A stretch of DNA of 64,000 nucleotides from positions 94,157 through 158,156 of the forward strand of contig JBBUAP010000001.1 in NCBI GenBank assembly GCA_038058635.1, read 5' to 3'. The DNA is from Patescibacteria group bacterium (GTDB lineage: Bacteria; Patescibacteriota; UBA1384; 2-12-FULL-50-11). Under the pieces are notes generated by a model that did no database searches, was not told the DNA's origin, and was given only the letters and a program-made list of their open reading frames with translations. Position numbers and translations under genes: made by a program. Shown here in pieces: positions 1-9,282 of the stretch (positions are counted from its first letter, which is position 1; each line of letters begins with the position of its first letter).

Positions 1-1839
<1,839 letters not shown>

Positions 1840-1840
<1 letters not shown>

Positions 1841-2418
1841 TGGCAGCACCCACTACTGAAATAACTGGCCACCCAACCGACATTCCCGGGTTGATAGTGT
1901 TCGACGTTACCAGCATGGGCGACGAACGCGGTTGGTTCCAGGAAAAATTTCAAAAAGCTAAACTAGTAGCCGCTGGACTACCCGAAGAGTTCACGGTCGT
2001 TCAAAACAGTATCGCTTACAACCAGAGTCGGGGTGTCACTCGGGGCTTTCATGCCGAAGCCTGGGACAAGTACATCTCGGTTGTGACCGGTAAAATATTA
2101 GTCGCTTATGTTGACCTGCGCTCAGGAGATAGCTTCGGCAAGGTCGTCACTCTGGAGGTTGATAAAAATAAAGCTATCTTCGTTCCGAACGGCGTGGGGA
2201 ACTCTTACCAAACCCTGACGGAAGATGTTTATTATCTTTATAGCGTCAACAAGTACTGGACTCAGGAAGCGCATAAGATTAGTTTATTTGTTAATCTGGC
2301 CGATCCAGATCTCGCAGTTAAATGGCCGATCCCTCTCGACCAAGCAGTACTTTCCGAACGCGATCAGAACCATCCAATGCTAAAGGATATTAAGCCAATG
2401 GTCGTTTCTAATGGCTGA
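1840..2418 (+). CDS. rfbC: dTDP-4-dehydrorhamnose 3,5-epimerase
   Basis: GDERGWFQE, GVTRGFH, DPDLAVKWP, LSERD; operon context. Confidence 0.93.
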
Positions 2419-3271
2419 CAACCAAATTCTGATTATTGGCGCCCATGGTCAGCTCGGCCAAGGTTTGCAAGAAAGATTCCCTGGCGCCAGAGCCGTTGAC
2501 CGCGACACCCTTGATATGACCGATGTCAGCGCGGTTGAAAAATACGACTGGTCCGGCATCGACACAATTATTAACGCCGCCGCCTACACCAATGTTGACG
2601 GCGCTGAAACCGAGAAGGGTCGCGTCGCGGCTTGGCAAGCTAACGCTGTTGGCGTCGGTAATCTAGCTATGGTCGCGACCAAAATCGGGGCGACGCTAAT
2701 CCATTTTTCCAGCGACTACGTATTTGATGGCCAAACATTTCCCCACACTGAAACTGAATCACTTTCTCCACTCGGGGTTTACGGCCAAACCAAAGCAGCG
2801 GGTGATATTGTCGTAGCAACCGTCGCCAAGCATTACCTAATCCGCACTTCTTGGGTGATTGGCCAAGGCAAGAACTTCGTTCGGACAATGCTCGGACTAG
2901 CTGAAAAAGGCGTCTCGCCTAGCGTTGTTAGCGACCAGAGCGGTCGACCAACTTTCGTTGGCCAGCTAGTTGACGCTGTTGATCACCTGATTAAAACAAA
3001 CGCCGAATTCGGAACCTATAACGTTTCTAACGACGGCCCGGTCGTTTCTTGGGCTGATTTAGCTAGGAAAGTGTTCGAGCTCGGTAAGTTTAGCGACATA
3101 AGGGTAACTGATATTACGACCGTGGAGTACAACGGCACCAAGCCGCTAGTCGCACCGCGGCCACCCCACGGCGAGTTTGACTTGAGTAAAATCGCCGCAA
3201 CTGGCCTAAAACTACGAAATTGGACTGAAGACCTGGCCACCTACATCAAGACCGAGAAATCGGCTGATTAA
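2411..3271 (+). CDS. rfbD: dTDP-4-dehydrorhamnose reductase
   Basis: GAHGQLG, NAAAYTNVDGAE, SSDYVFDG, YGQTK, APRP. Confidence 0.95.
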   Translation: MADNQILIIGAHGQLGQGLQERFPGARAVDRDTLDMTDVSAVEKYDWSGIDTIINAAAYTNVDGAETEKGRVAAWQANAVGVGNLAMVATKIGATLIHFSSDYVFDGQTFPHTETESLSPLGVYGQTKAAGDIVVATVAKHYLIRTSWVIGQGKNFVRTMLGLAEKGVSPSVVSDQSGRPTFVGQLVDAVDHLIKTNAEFGTYNVSNDGPVVSWADLARKVFELGKFSDIRVTDITTVEYNGTKPLVAPRPPHGEFDLSKIAATGLKLRNWTEDLATYIKTEKSAD

Positions 3272-3795
3272 ATCCGTAGGAGTCGGGCAAAGCGGTCGGA
3301 AATTGGCTCGTCTTTGTGGGCGTGAAAGGGTAGCTCGAGCGAAAGGGCTAGAAGTACCGACTCTACTTGGTGATCAGGCACCGCGAAGTGGAGAACTGGC
3401 TTGAGATTCGGCCGCTCCAAGTAGACGGTGATTTCGCCCGAAACTTCGGAAATCCAAAAGTTTTTTAGCTGGTGGTAAGCCCAGAACCCATCGCCCCAAC
3501 CAACTCCTCTCGGTGTTATCTCGATTTTCCTGGATTCGGGTCGAAGATGGGCTAGGCGAAAGATAGCTATCCCAGCCGCGACCACGACGACGGCAAAGAG
3601 GTAGTTTTTGACGCTAATCGAGGCGTAAAGCCCAACCAACAACAGTAGCCCGATACCGATATACCAGAGTTCGTTTTTAGCGTGATGCGGAAATTCTTGC
3701 GACTCAAAACTGATGCGCAGTTCTTTTTCGGTAACAAGTTTAGCCTGACGGTGTTTTGGACGCGACTTAACTTCTTTTTTCTTAGATGTAGTCAT
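3268..3795 (-). CDS. conserved CPR-type membrane protein (2 TM + PH-like C-terminus)
   Basis: Two hydrophobic helices followed by IEITPRG...YHQLKNFWI and a ...EPISDRFARLLRI tail. Confidence 0.65.
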   Translation of the reverse strand: MTTSKKKEVKSRPKHRQAKLVTEKELRISFESQEFPHHAKNELWYIGIGLLLLVGLYASISVKNYLFAVVVVAAGIAIFRLAHLRPESRKIEITPRGVGWGDGFWAYHQLKNFWISEVSGEITVYLERPNLKPVLHFAVPDHQVESVLLALSLELPFHAHKDEPISDRFARLLRI

Positions 3796-3857
3796 CTTGA
3801 GTATTTATGCGAGAGACGAACATTAGTGACATTACCTCTCCATACTAGCAGATTGCC

Positions 3858-4126
3858 CTTCAACTCGCTTCGCTTTAGCCTGAGCTAAAGTCGAAGGCTC
3901 GTTCAGGGTTCTTCGGCTTTTTGTAGCTACGCCTTACCCACCAAGCGCTTTACTCGAAAGGTTTACTCTGTCTTCGACTCTGAGGGATGAGCCCTCAGGC
4001 TCAGACTCGAACGAGAGCGAACGGTAGTGAGTCGAAGAGCGGAGACGCCTGGACGCCATTCGCACTCAGATCATATCTGGAAAGTACTACTTCGGAAAGT
4101 TCCGTCTACCGAACGAAAGCGCTTGA
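3858..4126. repeat. nested palindromic (REP-like) elements of the CTTCGACnnnGCTCAGG family
   Basis: Inverted pairs TCTTCGACTC/GAGTCGAAGA, CAAGCGCTTT/AAAGCGCTTG, TGAGGG/CCCTCA; GCCTGAGCTAAAGTCGAAGGC unit. Confidence 0.6.
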
Positions 4127-4174
4127 TTATGAAGAGCCGCCCCAAGCTCTGGCAGGGGGCGGCGGTACGTTGGA

Positions 4175-4741
4175 TCACTCATCTCGAGCGGACAACTCGA
4201 CTGCACGAGCTATGGTTTCCTCGAGAGTCTCGTAGATAGGAAATTCCCGGTTGAGTGCCCGTTCAAAGTTGTGATGGATAACGTCGAGGCCGGGGAAATC
4301 CTTCTCGGCTCCAACCACAACCCTAAGGTCTGGCTCATGCATCATCCGACCTCGCCACTCACCCAACTCACCATACGAGTCGCGCGCGTAGGGATGACCG
4401 TCCGTTCTCGGGGAATTCGGACTCTCGCATGGGAGCCAGAAGATCACGCATCCTCCGAAGACGGATTTGGCAGCGATTTCTAGGCACTGACGCTCCCAAG
4501 TTGTCTGGCGACTGAACCTTGTCTCGTCGAGCCCGTCACATCTGTGTTGGTACAGCGGATGTTCTGGCTTCCAACGGCAAGGGACAACAACCTGGAAGTC
4601 TGCGTCTTGAACCTCCTCCAGGAGCTCTAGACATGCAGCGTGTTGCCAATCGCCCCCACCCTTAATGGGTCCAGCTAGGAAAAACGTTGGGTAGCTGGCG
4701 CTACCATCTTCTATGAACTGTTTCGGTAGTATAAGTTGCAA
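4175..4741 (-). CDS. nucleoside 2-deoxyribosyltransferase-like domain protein
   Basis: FLAGPIKG..DWQ, Q..WE..CL, VIFW, ELG motifs; AGGAGG Shine-Dalgarno before TTG. Confidence 0.7.
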   Translation of the reverse strand: MQLILPKQFIEDGSASYPTFFLAGPIKGGGDWQHAACLELLEEVQDADFQVVVPCRWKPEHPLYQHRCDGLDETRFSRQTTWERQCLEIAAKSVFGGCVIFWLPCESPNSPRTDGHPYARDSYGELGEWRGRMMHEPDLRVVVGAEKDFPGLDVIHHNFERALNREFPIYETLEETIARAVELSARDE

Positions 4742-4841
4742 ATCCGACCTCCTAACACCTGAGTGTTTCTGGCCGGATCATATCAATAAATCTTCCTCGG
4801 ATCAAGCGTGTCAAATAGAGTTTCGTAGACGAAACTTTCAG

Positions 4842-4928
4842 CGGAAGGGCAGGGATTCGAACCCTGGGACCCCTTACGAGGTCAACACATTAGCAGTGTG
4901 CTCCATTCGGCCACTCTGGCACCCTTCC
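4842..4928 (-). tRNA. tRNA-Ser(GCT), CCA not encoded
   Basis: GGAAGGG acceptor, anticodon loop CT-GCT-AA, long variable arm, GGTTCGAATCC. Confidence 0.96.
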
Positions 4929-4955
4929 AGCTACCAAATTTTACCAGTAAAACCC

Positions 4956-4984
4956 TTGACTTTCCAGGTTAGATGTGGTAAGGT
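4956..4984 (+). promoter_or_regulatory. sigma70-type promoter for ORF 5051
   Basis: TTGACT-17 nt-TAAGGT with extended TG. Confidence 0.65.
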
Positions 4985-4995
4985 GTCGACACTAA

Positions 4996-5041
4996 CGGGT
5001 AGTCGCAAGACGAGCCCGAAAGGGCACCCGAACAACAAGGA
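4996..5041 (+). ncRNA. structured 5'-leader motif, copy 1 (three-way junction + AACAACAAGGA)
   Basis: CGGGT-A-GTC gcaa GAC-GA-GCCC gaaa GGGC-ACCCG-AACAACAAGGA; second copy at 56060-56105 (-). Confidence 0.75.
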
Positions 5042-5050
5042 GCTACGAAA

Positions 5051-5908
5051 ATGAAAAAGGTATTAGTATCCGCTCTCGTCGTTCTGTCGTCGACGCTGGC
5101 CTTCGGCCAGGAGATCGACGACTTGGCTGGCAGAGCTTTCGATCGACCGGCAGTCAAGTGGTTGGCGGAAGTGGAAATCGGCCAGGACAAGAACGGGTGG
5201 AATCCATACGTCTCTGATGAAGAGGTCGTTGCCCGATTCGGCTGGCTAGCCGGGTTGCACGGCGTCGGACTCGGGCCGAACACTCAGGAGCTTCTCCGCG
5301 AGGTCGGAGACGCAGAGCTACGCACTGACCCCGACATTGCCAAGTGGATGAAACCGTCCGCCCGGCAAGCTCAAGGACGGATCAGCGATGTCGGCTGGAG
5401 ATTCCAGCTTGTAGCTGGCGGTGACAGTTCGTCTGGCAACAACGAGTTTGGGATCGGTAGCGTTCGGGTTCAGCTCGAATCTGGCAAAGCCGTTGCGAAG
5501 CTCGGAGTCAAGGTCACGAACCTTACCTCCATGGAAGCGAAGATTTTTTGGTTCGAGGTTTCTCATGCCTCGACCAACTTATCTTCGGCGGAGAACTACT
5601 CATTCTCCAACTTGTTTCGGAAATCTGGCTTGCCAAATTTCCGTTACGACTCCGACCAGGGGAGCGCTGGCAATCGACGAGGTTACATCGTTGTGGCCAA
5701 GCTTTGGTTGAGAATCCACAAGGAGTTCAGCCAGATCACTAACTGGATGAACTCCTTCTCCGACCCTGAGCCCGCTCGCGCCTATGCGCGGCGGGTTCTT
5801 TTTTATTCTTTCCGAGCGGAAGGGGTGGGATTTGAACCCACGATACCTTGCGGTATACCGGTTTTCGAAACCGGCGCACTAGGCCACTATGCGACCCTTC
5901 CAGTGTGA
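5051..5908 (+). CDS. secreted hypothetical protein (probably ends near 5769; read-through tail is antisense to tRNA)
   Basis: Signal peptide MKKVLVSALVVLSSTLAFG; AAGGAG SD; GC-rich codons; terminator at 5768-5804 lies inside the called ORF. Confidence 0.7.
   Translation: MKKVLVSALVVLSSTLAFGQEIDDLAGRAFDRPAVKWLAEVEIGQDKNGWNPYVSDEEVVARFGWLAGLHGVGLGPNTQELLREVGDAELRTDPDIAKWMKPSARQAQGRISDVGWRFQLVAGGDSSSGNNEFGIGSVRVQLESGKAVAKLGVKVTNLTSMEAKIFWFEVSHASTNLSSAENYSFSNLFRKSGLPNFRYDSDQGSAGNRRGYIVVAKLWLRIHKEFSQITNWMNSFSDPEPARAYARRVLFYSFRAEGVGFEPTIPCGIPVFETGALGHYATLPV
5768..5804 (+). terminator. intrinsic terminator
   Basis: GAGCCCGC...GCGGGTTC hairpin followed by T6. Confidence 0.75.
5817..5901 (-). tRNA. 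tRNA-Ser(CGA), CCA not encoded
   Basis: Anticodon arm CCGGT-TT-CGA-AA-ACCGG, long variable arm, GGTTCAAATCC. Confidence 0.96.
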
Positions 5909-6037
5909 CGAAGGAGCGATGGTGAGGTCGGACAAGGTTCTGGCTTCGCCAGGTTCTTATGCGACCCCTCTATTGTGACTAAGGAGCGATGGTGAGGTCG
6001 GACGAACTTGCGATAGCAAGTGACATGCGACCCTTCC
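5889..6037. repeat. tandem ~66-70 bp repeats containing the tRNA-Ser 5' end
   Basis: ATGCGACCCTTCC-like at 5889, 5959, 6025; GTGACNAAGGAGCGATGGTGAGGTCGGAC twice. Confidence 0.85.
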
Positions 6038-6104
6038 TGATGATGACGCCCTCAATTTTATCTCATTATAAAGAAAAAGTCAGTGCTTCCGCTACAATAT
6101 ACTC

Positions 6105-7532
6105 ATGCCTAAGAATATTCAGTCGGTGATTAAGGGGTACTCTCGTCAGAAAGAAGAAGAGCAGACACGCCTAGTGGCAACCGAGAACAAACTGCCCTAT
6201 ATCAATTTAGTTAACTATCCGTTCACCGGCGATGTCTTGGGCTTTATTCCTGAAGGAACAGCCACCAAATTTTCGGTGATTGCTTTCGAGCGGCTGGGCA
6301 ATATTATTCGGGTCGCCACACCGTTCCCGTTCCGACCCGATCTTGACGAACAGATGAACAAGCTGGGGGAGGACGGCAAGGTCCGTTTCGAGCCGTATTT
6401 CTGCTCCCAGACATCGATTGAATACGCTATCAAGCAGTACGCTAAGCTAGTTCGGCCGGCAGCCGAACGAACTAGGGCCCAGGCCGAGAAAGAGTCGGTT
6501 GGGGACTTCCTAAAGAATGTGGCCAACCTGGAAGAGTTCGGCGGCGCTATCCAAAATGTCAGCACCACCAAATTATTCGAAACCATTCTGTCCGGCGCCG
6601 TGGCCTTTAATGCCTCTGATATCCATTTCGAGCCCCAGGCCGAGTTTATCCGCGTTCGTTTCCGGGTTGATGGTGTCCTTCAAGATGTCGCTTCAGTCAG
6701 CGCCGAGTCGTACCGCCTGCTCAACTCCCGAGTTAAGAATCTTTCCGGCCTCAAGCTAAACAAGAATGCTGGAGCCCAAGATGGCCGGTTCTCAATTGAA
6801 ATAGGTAGTGAAAAAATGGATGTTCGCGTCAGTATTCTCCCCGCCACTTACGGCGAGGTGATTGAGCTGCGTTTGCTGACAGGCAAGGCGTTTCTTTCGC
6901 TCGACCAACTGGGGCTTGATGAGGGTGCAAAGGCGGCAATTCTGCGCGCTATCCAGTTCGATACCGGCATGATTATTGTGACCGGCCCGACTGGCGCCGG
7001 TAAAACGACGACGCTCTACGCCATTCTTAAATCCCTCAATACTCCGGATAAAAAAATAATTACCATCGAAGATCCGGTCGAGTATAAGATTGCCGGTATT
7101 GAACAAATTCAAGTCCAGCCCGATCACGGCTTTGATTTTGCCCAAGCCCTGCGGGCGGTCTTACGCCAAGATCCAAATATTATTTTAGTTGGAGAAATTC
7201 GCGATAAGGAAACGGCCGAGATTGCGATTAACGCTTCCTTAACTGGTCATTTAGTCCTAACTACCCTCCACGCCAACTCCGCTCCAGCGACATTTGCCAG
7301 GCTTATCGAAATGGGCGCTCCGGGTCACTTACTTTCCGACGCCATTCGCCTGATTATTGCCCAAAAATTAGTCAAGCGCCCCGAACCCAAGGAAGGCGAA
7401 CCGGGTCGCATGGTCGTCGCACAATACCTCGAACCAACCGCCGAGTACACCGAGCTAATCAAACAAAAAGCCAGTATCCGCGAGTTCGAGGAACTATTCG
7501 AAAAGCTGGGCGACAAGCTCCCTGGAAGTTGA
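6105..7532 (+). CDS. pilB: type IV pilus/T2SS assembly ATPase (PilB/GspE family)
   Basis: ASDIHFEP, RFRVDG, QDGRF, Walker A GPTGAGKTT, TIEDPVEY, LRQDPNIILVGEIRD, TGHLVLTTLH. Confidence 0.9.
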   Translation: MPKNIQSVIKGYSRQKEEEQTRLVATENKLPYINLVNYPFTGDVLGFIPEGTATKFSVIAFERLGNIIRVATPFPFRPDLDEQMNKLGEDGKVRFEPYFCSQTSIEYAIKQYAKLVRPAAERTRAQAEKESVGDFLKNVANLEEFGGAIQNVSTTKLFETILSGAVAFNASDIHFEPQAEFIRVRFRVDGVLQDVASVSAESYRLLNSRVKNLSGLKLNKNAGAQDGRFSIEIGSEKMDVRVSILPATYGEVIELRLLTGKAFLSLDQLGLDEGAKAAILRAIQFDTGMIIVTGPTGAGKTTTLYAILKSLNTPDKKIITIEDPVEYKIAGIEQIQVQPDHGFDFAQALRAVLRQDPNIILVGEIRDKETAEIAINASLTGHLVLTTLHANSAPATFARLIEMGAPGHLLSDAIRLIIAQKLVKRPEPKEGEPGRMVVAQYLEPTAEYTELIKQKASIREFEELFEKLGDKLPGS

Positions 7533-7540
7533 CCGCCAGG

Positions 7541-7921
7541 CTACGCTGCGTCGCCAAGATTGCCACCCAGAGTGGCGGCAAAACGAAGGATGAAAAAGGC
7601 TAGGACTACTACGACAATTCCGATAATGGCGTTAAGGATCCCCGTTCGAGCTTTAGTGGCCTTTTCGGAGTCACCGCCAGCGGTAATATAGTTGACGCCA
7701 CTCATTATCAGGTAAACGAAGGCCAAAACAGCCACGACTGCCAGCACCCAGCTCATCGCAAACGATATTACTTCTCCAAAAGTTGCCTTGGCGCTACCGC
7801 TATTTGGCGTTTTGCCAAAGGGCTTGAACATATTAAACCAGTTGTCTGCAAGAGCGCCACCACCACTGTCAAACTGGGCGTAGACTCGGCCGATAAAGAA
7901 ACTATTCAGTTTATCAATCAT
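7541..7921 (-). CDS. VirB2/TrbC-like pilin (CPR type)
   Basis: Two TM helices around GVNYITAGGD.EK..KA...I.NAIIG; strong AGGAGG SD and TTGACA upstream. Confidence 0.85.
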   Translation of the reverse strand: MIDKLNSFFIGRVYAQFDSGGGALADNWFNMFKPFGKTPNSGSAKATFGEVISFAMSWVLAVVAVLAFVYLIMSGVNYITAGGDSEKATKARTGILNAIIGIVVVVLAFFILRFAATLGGNLGDAA

Positions 7922-8028
7922 TATTCCATCTCCTCCTAATTTAAATTATTCATAATGAGAATCACTACTATATGTACTCATATTTCTAGTTTATTTAGGT
8001 GCTGTCAATAGCCGGCAGGATAACTGTA

Positions 8029-8183
8029 CGACTTCCACGAAGGGATTCCATCCCCTCGTGTATAGTCGGCGGGATTCGCCTCCTAACACTTGCGGATTCA
8101 CCGCTCTCTATACACAGCAGGATACTCTGCTGTGGAAGTCGCGCGATTTTATCGCCGACTATAGCGACCAGGTAACGGTCGCT
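8029..8183. ncRNA. putative structured element (four-way junction with GGA-bearing arms)
   Basis: Helices CGACTTCCAC/GTGGAAGTCG, CACGAAGG/CCTCGTG, GTGTATAG/CTATACAC, CACAGCAG/CTGCTGTG. Confidence 0.55.
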
Positions 8184-8220
8184 TCAGCAGCGCTATCTCG
8201 CTGTCGATGGCCACCATTCG

Positions 8221-8577
8221 CTAACCGTTATATCCAAGCAAGGCAATGAAGAAGTGAATGATGAAGCGAGAAAGTACTGCGATCGCAAAGCCGATAATGG
8301 CGTATTGGAGAGTTTTCTTGGCGGCAGCGTATTTGGCCTCATCACCAAAGGCGGTGAACATCATATAGCCGGCCTTAATGATGTAGCAGAAGGCAATAAA
8401 GGCGGCGACAGCCGAGAGAATGTCGGTGTAGTGCGCAATACTGTTTGTGAGACAAGACTGCAAGCTTTCTCTCGCTTCAAGAATTTCCTTTCGTAACAGC
8501 GCGTTCTCTGGCGCATCAGGATCGAGAAAGCAATTCGCTAAGAAAAAGTCTTTGAGCGGTTGGCCAAAGATTGTCAT
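8221..8577 (-). CDS. VirB2/TrbC-like pilin
   Basis: AGYMMFTAFGDEAK...AKKTLQYAIIG motif, 2 TM. Confidence 0.82.
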   Translation of the reverse strand: MTIFGQPLKDFFLANCFLDPDAPENALLRKEILEARESLQSCLTNSIAHYTDILSAVAAFIAFCYIIKAGYMMFTAFGDEAKYAAAKKTLQYAIIGFAIAVLSRFIIHFFIALLGYNG

Positions 8578-8921
8578 GGTGTCGGAGCACCGATAAGAGC
8601 GCCCGTTAAGCTAAAGACAAATTTAATAATGAAATACGAGAGAACGATAACGACGACACCCACGATAGACCAAATGAGGTTTTTCTTGCCAGCGGCAAAT
8701 TTAGTGGCGTCACCACCAGCAGTGATCATCATCACGCCAGAGTAGATGATGCCGACGAAGGCAGCGGCAGCGAGAAAGGCAAAAATAAGACTGGTCACGG
8801 TTTCCTGCAGGTTGTAGTTGCCAGGATTATTCGGATCATATAGGCCGGGCGGAAGGTTGAGTTTGATGTCGTCAGCAGCAGCAACGGTGCGACCAAGAAA
8901 TATTGAGAATACTTGACTCAT
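8574..8921 (-). CDS. VirB2/TrbC-like pilin
   Basis: SGVMMITAGGDATK...GKKNLIWSIVG motif, 2 TM. Confidence 0.85.
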   Translation of the reverse strand: MSQVFSIFLGRTVAAADDIKLNLPPGLYDPNNPGNYNLQETVTSLIFAFLAAAAFVGIIYSGVMMITAGGDATKFAAGKKNLIWSIVGVVVIVLSYFIIKFVFSLTGALIGAPTP

Positions 8922-8923
8922 TG

Positions 8924-9271
8924 TCAGCTAGTAGAGATGCCTAGAGTCGGCAGAATCAGCTTTATTAGTAATAAAATTGCTAGGCCAGTTAAGCAGCCGG
9001 CGATCAATTCCTTCGCCAATGCGATTTTACTGGCCTCGCCCTCGCTTTGGGCATACAGAATGCCGGCGTAGATTGTAATCAAAACCGATATGGCGATGGC
9101 GACAATAATCCCGACATTGACCAAGGAAGAAAAGTATTCCTGGAATGTAACTGGAACTTCCGGACATTTGCCACCGTTAGCATTTTTAATAGCTTCCGTG
9201 CAGTTGCCAATAGGCAATCCGGGCTGAAACTTCCCTTGAGCCAGAACGCTTGCTATCAACCAGTCTTTCAT
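8924..9271 (-). CDS. VirB2/TrbC-like pilin
   Basis: YAGILYAQSEGEASKI..AKE.I...LTGL motif, 2 TM. Confidence 0.8.
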   Translation of the reverse strand: MKDWLIASVLAQGKFQPGLPIGNCTEAIKNANGGKCPEVPVTFQEYFSSLVNVGIIVAIAISVLITIYAGILYAQSEGEASKIALAKELIAGCLTGLAILLLIKLILPTLGISTS

Positions 9272-9282
9272 TAATTTAGTAA

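Noticed and set aside
5889-6037. CRISPR array
   Set aside because: Only two full units, repeat includes a tRNA end, spacers are hairpins, no cas genes in window
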